Below, one piece after another: positions 59,305 to 64,000 of a DNA stretch of 64,000 bases (position 1 is its first letter; each line of letters starts with the position of its first letter). Position numbers and translations under genes: made by a program. Below the pieces are notes generated by a model. It searched no databases and was not told the origin of the DNA. It worked only from the letters and a program-made list of their open reading frames with translations. The stretch covers positions 1 to 64,000 of the IMG/VR virus record IMGVR_UViG_2706795432_000001. One strand, written 5' to 3'. Source of the stretch: a virus (Duplodnaviria > Caudoviricetes).

Positions 59305-59332
59305 AAAAAGCCCACCCCCGTAGGGATGGGCT
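59305..59332 (-). terminator. Terminator-like hairpin abutting the tRNA-Ile 5' end
   Basis: AGCCCATCCC-TACG-GGGGTGGGCT followed by a T run. Confidence 0.7.
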
Positions 59333-59377
59333 GTTCTTTACCACTGTGACTGAATCAGTCAACAGGGAGATAGCAGA

Positions 59378-59491
59378 TCACCCCCCTCCCGAGAACCAAC
59401 GGGAGTAGAGGTTTCGGACCCAGACAGGCTGGGGGAGTACGTTCCAGCCGATAATCAGGCCAACACCCACTCCGAGTGCGAATTCAAACAT
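59378..59491 (-). CDS. 37-aa membrane peptide
   Basis: MFEFALGVGVGLIIGWNVLPQPVWVRNLYSRWFSGGG; AAGGAGG RBS; TAATG overlap with the upstream gene. Confidence 0.7.
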   Translation of the reverse strand: MFEFALGVGVGLIIGWNVLPQPVWVRNLYSRWFSGGG

Positions 59492-59718
59492 TATGCCACC
59501 TCCTTTTCTTTGGCTTCTACTGCGGCGAAGACTGCAAGGTTCTTCGCTTCCCACAGGCTCCGAAGAGCCAGTGTACATTCTGCCGAATCAGGCAGAGTTT
59601 CTACAAGGTTCACAGCCAGATCATAGAACGGCTTGGATGCTGCTTGCAGATGTTCGGGAAGATGGCTGTAACGGAAAAGGCTTACTGCCTTATCCATGCG
59701 TTGTTCATACGTCTGCAT
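59491..59718 (-). CDS. Small helical-hairpin protein, Tad1/Acb2-like (tentative)
   Basis: 75 aa from ATG 59718 (GGAG RBS); F.Y.HLP.HLQ..SKPF and P.S.E...AL..L.EA pattern. Confidence 0.6.
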   Translation of the reverse strand: MQTYEQRMDKAVSLFRYSHLPEHLQAASKPFYDLAVNLVETLPDSAECTLALRSLWEAKNLAVFAAVEAKEKEVA

Positions 59719-60868
59719 CTGGATCTCCAAAGACTTGGGAGGCTTTCACCGTGAAGCGAGAGGTCTCTCCTTCGATTTCATCGTAGATGACTGCTTGAGC
59801 CATCGCTGTCTCTCCGAAAGCTGAACCATAGAGATCAGGTTCTGACCAGTTGGAGGCTTGCTCCCACATTACTCCGGGGAACTGCTCGACCTTACGATGA
59901 TGTTTGTCTCCCGTCCAGACAGTAATGTGCTCCACTTCGGCTATGTCCTTGCGATAGCGTTGAAGAAACTGCATCACCAGTCGATCAGGTTTGATCTTGT
60001 CACCATGATGACCGAACAATGCCACTTTGCCAAAGATGTGCGCCCAGTAAGCATTGGGGTCCATCTCGACAGTGACATTCAGTTGGTTGTGATATCGCCA
60101 TTTGGCACCCTGAAGCAGAGCCAGATAGCTATCTCCATCATGGTTTCCTCGTTTGATCACGAGACGAACATCAGAGATTTGTGCAGCGATATCAGTGGTA
60201 TGGATGATTTGCTCACCCGTGGTATCCACGACTTTGAAATGACGAGAGTCAACATCGAGGATGTGATCAGATCCGTGAGTGGCAGTCATTGGCACCTGAC
60301 CATTAGCGTGGAGAACATCACCGTTGTAGTACAGGATGATCTCTTGGACTCCTTCCTTCTCGACGTGATCGAAGAGACGGCAGAGCCAGTCTTGAAGACG
60401 AGTCATGGCGATCTGAAGATCCCAGTCTCCGTATCCGGTTTCAGCACCCCATGCGAGAGCACCAGAATGAAGGTCATTGATGGAAATGAAGGCTTTTTTG
60501 ACCCTATCGGTCAAAAGCAGTGCGGGTGGTTTGAAAAGGACTGGAGATGTGCCTGTGAATTTGGCTGCAATTTCGTCGATACGATCTTCTTCTTCTTTGG
60601 TTTTGTCCTTGGAAAACCTGAAGCTGTAGGTTCGACCGTGTTTGTCTGGGGTCTGTGATTTGACCCATCCTCCATCTGGAATACCGATGAATCCCAATTC
60701 ATCCATTCCATCGAGAACTGCTTGTTCAGCTAGGTCACGGGAACCAATTCTCTTTTCCATTTGTTGAATTGATCGTCGGGCTGTGGATTCATGGACACCA
60801 AAATGTCTGGCCACATCCGTATAGGATGGCTTCCCATTCTGGGACCAATAGTCATAGTATTTGCTCAT
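59705..60868 (-). CDS. Calcineurin-like metallophosphoesterase with N-terminal HTH
   Basis: 387 aa; NDLHSG, NGDVLH, RGNHD, GHHGD, TGDKHH; HTH-like YTDVARHFGVHESTARR. Confidence 0.8.
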   Translation of the reverse strand: MSKYYDYWSQNGKPSYTDVARHFGVHESTARRSIQQMEKRIGSRDLAEQAVLDGMDELGFIGIPDGGWVKSQTPDKHGRTYSFRFSKDKTKEEEDRIDEIAAKFTGTSPVLFKPPALLLTDRVKKAFISINDLHSGALAWGAETGYGDWDLQIAMTRLQDWLCRLFDHVEKEGVQEIILYYNGDVLHANGQVPMTATHGSDHILDVDSRHFKVVDTTGEQIIHTTDIAAQISDVRLVIKRGNHDGDSYLALLQGAKWRYHNQLNVTVEMDPNAYWAHIFGKVALFGHHGDKIKPDRLVMQFLQRYRKDIAEVEHITVWTGDKHHRKVEQFPGVMWEQASNWSEPDLYGSAFGETAMAQAVIYDEIEGETSRFTVKASQVFGDPDADV

Positions 60869-60916
60869 GTCGGGAGTCCCTTCTTATCTAAGGTCAGGGA
60901 CTCCCTATCATCATGA

Positions 60917-61903
60917 TCAACCGTGGTAAACTTCATTCGGAATGAGCTTCCGATGCTGAATCCAGCCTGTGAGGTTTCCATGGAGATGCTCAGAATGCCA
61001 TCCTTCCAGATTCCCAGAAGTCGGACATTTGATCCGTTCATCAGGTTTTGCCTGATGCTCGAACGGCGAAGCATGAACACGTTCATCGTTCATCAGCAGC
61101 TTGGCTCGATCCAGTTCAGCAGTGATGGAGCCATCACCATTGAAAGGTTTGTACGAGATCCGAGCACAACGAGCAGCAGAGATGTTGAGCAGGATTTGAT
61201 TAACGAAATCAGTACCTTGCCCACCATAGAGACCTTTGACATGCTTGATGTCTTTCTCTGTGATGTATGGCATGTGCCACTGTTCCAGAGTCAGATTCTG
61301 CACGTCAGCTTCACTGATGGCTTTTGCCACCAGATTGGCCAGATCAATGAGATGAGGCTCTGCTGCATGGTGTTGACGAAGCCATAGGAAGTTATCCCAC
61401 TGGGTTGCTGTGATCAGTGTGTCCATCCACGAGAATGGCTCCAACAGACGGTTGGGGTTCTGTTTGTGATATCCAGCCTCCATAAAGGCTTCAGCTATAT
61501 CAGCAGCTTCTGTACGGGCATGAAGCCATGCTTCTTCATTGGTCATGCGGACAGTCTCATAGTCCAGTTCCTGAGTGATCTCATCCACTTGAGGGACATC
61601 GAGTTCAATCAGTTCATTGCACTCTTCAGAAGCCTGCATTCCCTTCTGGTTCTTTCCCCAGTGCCACGGCACATAAGGAATGGTCCGAACCTCATTCAGC
61701 ATGGTTTTGACCGGAACAGCACGGGAAGACCGAGCATTTCGACCAAAGACCCGATGGGTCATGATCTCACCATGAATAGGACGCGGGTATCGCATCCGAA
61801 TGGTGTAGATGTGGGGACAAGCATTTGCAGCAGAAGCCAAGATGACTTCCACCTGCATTTGAGGTTGTCCCGGATGGGTGTAGACAAGATTACTCGTTTC
61901 CAT
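60917..61903 (-). CDS. thyX: Flavin-dependent thymidylate synthase
   Basis: 328 aa from ATG 61903 (AAGGAG RBS); THRVFGRNARSSRA, SAARCARISY, HASPFEH. Confidence 0.9.
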   Translation of the reverse strand: METSNLVYTHPGQPQMQVEVILASAANACPHIYTIRMRYPRPIHGEIMTHRVFGRNARSSRAVPVKTMLNEVRTIPYVPWHWGKNQKGMQASEECNELIELDVPQVDEITQELDYETVRMTNEEAWLHARTEAADIAEAFMEAGYHKQNPNRLLEPFSWMDTLITATQWDNFLWLRQHHAAEPHLIDLANLVAKAISEADVQNLTLEQWHMPYITEKDIKHVKGLYGGQGTDFVNQILLNISAARCARISYKPFNGDGSITAELDRAKLLMNDERVHASPFEHQAKPDERIKCPTSGNLEGWHSEHLHGNLTGWIQHRKLIPNEVYHG

Positions 61904-62339
61904 CTTCAATCTCCTTTGCCAATTTCTTGGATTCCCAGTGATTGATAGCACGGTCAAGTTCTTGCTGCCCCAATTCAGCCAGTTGCCCGATATCGAGCTT
62001 TGGCGTTTTTGGGGTAGCACGGTCGTCGATGATGACACCCTGCATGACATTGTGAACGAGCATGGCAGTGGACGAAGCGATGAGCATGTAGTGAGGAATC
62101 CCGGTATCAGGATCCTTTTCTTCCCCATCTTTCAGTGCCTTGCAATGTCGTTCGATGGAATTGATCAGGGAGCGATAACTCAGCCCCTTCTCAAAGTTAC
62201 GGGCAGCATATTTATGCTCACCGAGGCCAAGACCTACAGCAGCCGCAACGACCAATTCAAATGGAACCAAGTCAGTGTCGATCTTGGTTCCAATGGATTG
62301 TCGCATGGCACCCGTTTCTGTGGTCCCCCACTCAGCCAT
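61890..62339 (-). CDS. dATP/dGTP diphosphohydrolase-domain protein (DUF5664)
   Basis: 149 aa; K...DLVP...G..KY..RNFEKG...S..RH...GEEKDPDTGIPH. Confidence 0.8.
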   Translation of the reverse strand: MAEWGTTETGAMRQSIGTKIDTDLVPFELVVAAAVGLGLGEHKYAARNFEKGLSYRSLINSIERHCKALKDGEEKDPDTGIPHYMLIASSTAMLVHNVMQGVIIDDRATPKTPKLDIGQLAELGQQELDRAINHWESKKLAKEIEDGNE

Positions 62340-62793
62340 TCAGCACCTGCAAAGAACGCTTCACAGCTTCCAGATCCTGCTCGACATCGAGCTTTTCACT
62401 GTACATCTGATTCAGCAGGGTACTGGTCTGAGCATGGCTCATACGCTCATTGTAGAGAGCAGTGGAGAGTTCACCGATGCGACCTTGCTGTTCCATCAGA
62501 GAGACGGAAGCATGGTTCAGGATGAACGCGAAGAAGTCACCCATCTGGTTTGCCTGAGCAATGTGATCGGTGGCTTTTTTGTGACGCTCTTGCGATTTGG
62601 AAAGCAGATCTTGCAGAGCGATCATGGCACGAGGGATGTCAGTCCCTTCGAAACCAAGCTGATCGACACGCTTGTTCTGTTTCACAGCACGAGCCACGAT
62701 GGCACGAACCTCTTTCATCCGCCGACGCTTGAATTCGGGGGATTCTTCGGTTGCCACCATCGAAGTCACGTTCGAGGTTTTGGCTTTGGTCAT
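62332..62793 (-). CDS. Hypothetical coiled-coil protein
   Basis: 153 aa; AAGGAGG RBS. Confidence 0.75.
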   Translation of the reverse strand: MTKAKTSNVTSMVATEESPEFKRRRMKEVRAIVARAVKQNKRVDQLGFEGTDIPRAMIALQDLLSKSQERHKKATDHIAQANQMGDFFAFILNHASVSLMEQQGRIGELSTALYNERMSHAQTSTLLNQMYSEKLDVEQDLEAVKRSLQVLNG

Positions 62794-63001
62794 TGGAGCC
62801 TCCTTGGTTGGGGGACTTCCACCCCCTCGTCAGGAAAACCTGTCTGCCGCTCTTAACGACTTTTTCTATATGTCTCTTCTCACTATTCCCGGTGGCTTCT
62901 CCGGGATCCAGATCAAGCCCAGAACTCGACGGATTACGGAATCGAAGCCAGAAGGGTAAGGGAACTGAGACAAAGGCTCCCTTGGGGTGAAACAGTGAGG
63001 A

Positions 63002-63265
63002 TCAGATGGACCGCCACTGAAGATCCGGGGGTCCGAGAAATGCCATCGGCATCTCGTAGCCCAAATAATCAGGGGAGTCAGGATCAGTAGCCATGGCAAT
63101 CTGATCATTGAATTCCTCCTCAGTCATTCCTGTGTTTCCTTCCTGATACTCTTGGTTCAGGCAGGCAATCAGGACATCATTGTTTGACGGTAGATTGAAC
63201 ATTTCTTCTGTCAATTCAGACAGTTGAAACTCTCCGTCGATTCTCCAGAGCACGTAGAAGATCAT
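63002..63265 (-). CDS. Hypothetical acidic protein
   Basis: 87 aa; ATGA overlap with the dcd stop. Confidence 0.7.
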   Translation of the reverse strand: MIFYVLWRIDGEFQLSELTEEMFNLPSNNDVLIACLNQEYQEGNTGMTEEEFNDQIAMATDPDSPDYLGYEMPMAFLGPPDLQWRSI

Positions 63266-63750
63266 TCAAACTTCGCCTCCTGTGGATTGTCAGTTTGGTT
63301 TTGGTATTTGCCTTCATACTGAGCCTCATCAGAGGTCAGATGGAAGACCACTTGAGCAATCCCAGATCCAGCAGGAATCTTCAGGATACCATTGCCTTTG
63401 TAGGCAAGCTCAAGGGTTAGGAATCCCTTCCAGCCGGGTTCAATGACAGTGTTGAACACACTCAAGGCTTGTCTGGCCCATGTGCTCTTATCATGAACGA
63501 TACCCACCAGATTGGTAGGCATCTGGAATTCCTCGATAGCCGAAGCCAGAGTGAATGAACCCTCTGACACAGCACCATCACAAAAGACGAGTTGTCTTCC
63601 CTGACGGTTGTCGAATTGGATCTCTTGTTTGATCCGGATGTCATACCCTGCTTCTCCTAAACCAAAGGAAACACCATTCTCTTTGATCTTATCAACGTAC
63701 ATGTCCTTGATCGGAGATATCCGAAGCAGGGCTTCACGATTTACGATCAT
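63262..63750 (-). CDS. dcd: dCTP deaminase
   Basis: 162 aa from ATG 63750 (AGGAG RBS); AGYDIR, HDKSTWAR, VIEPGWKGFLTLEL, GIAQVVF, YEGKYQ. Confidence 0.9.
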   Translation of the reverse strand: MIVNREALLRISPIKDMYVDKIKENGVSFGLGEAGYDIRIKQEIQFDNRQGRQLVFCDGAVSEGSFTLASAIEEFQMPTNLVGIVHDKSTWARQALSVFNTVIEPGWKGFLTLELAYKGNGILKIPAGSGIAQVVFHLTSDEAQYEGKYQNQTDNPQEAKFE

Positions 63751-64000
63751 TGAGTTTCTCCTCTGGAAAAGCAGAAGCCAGAGCCTTGAGAACAAGACGC
63801 CAGACATTCTGCTGATTTCGTTTGTGGTTTTTGACGGAACCGACACGAAGAGGTGACTTCCAGACATGGGCATTCCGATACTCGGTCCCGTCTTTCTGTT
63901 TTCGAGCCACCTTACAGATGTAGTTTCCCACATCACGGCTGCCGGATCCATCATTGGCAATGATTGTGCGACCAATCTCTGTTACTTTGCCAGTGATAGC
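63734..64000 (-). CDS. Hypothetical protein, 5' end outside the window
   Basis: Frame stays open to the window edge (AITGKVTEIGRTIIANDGSGSRDVGNYICK...), so the track start at 63931 is internal. Confidence 0.65.
   Translation of the reverse strand, partial: AITGKVTEIGRTIIANDGSGSRDVGNYICKVARKQKDGTEYRNAHVWKSPLRVGSVKNHKRNQQNVWRLVLKALASAFPEEKLNDRKS

Noticed and set aside
60865-61086. Track ORF of 73 aa
   Set aside because: Largely overlaps thyX in another frame and has no RBS
61890-62339. DUF5664 as proof of a Z-genome
   Set aside because: No purZ or datZ recognised in the window, and the domain also occurs in unmodified phages
62332-62793. QLGF as a beta-clamp-binding motif
   Set aside because: Too short and degenerate without conservation data

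Overview
Most of the genome of a lytic N4-like phage (Schitoviridae), reversed relative to the usual N4 map. The class II ribonucleotide reductase, thioredoxin and tRNA-Pro/Ile content recalls the N4-like roseophages, so a Rhodobacterales host is an inference only. Layout: a minus-strand receptor-binding module (689-4349); a plus-strand late block (gp69-like, large terminase, adaptor, holin/endolysin/spanins, portal, scaffold, major capsid, gp55-gp51-like virion proteins, 3555-aa virion RNA polymerase; 4422-33424); then a minus-strand replication, nucleotide-metabolism and accessory block (RusA-like, SSB, ATPase, primase, exonuclease, DNA polymerase, helicase, NrdJ, SLOG, macrodomain, HNH, rIIA/B, thioredoxin, MazG-like, a second virion fibre cassette, two tRNAs, a Tad1/Acb2-like protein, a metallophosphoesterase, ThyX, DUF5664, dCTP deaminase). 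The early RNAP II genes are not in the window. No CRISPR array, integrase, intein or intron was seen. The best leads are a candidate anti-defence set (sponge-like protein coupled to a phosphoesterase, a SLOG/macrodomain pair, a C33 tRNA-Ile), two distant paralogous fibre modules, a linker-flanked HExxH module in the vRNAP, and several structured intergenic elements. All family assignments come from motif recognition by eye; no database search was run.
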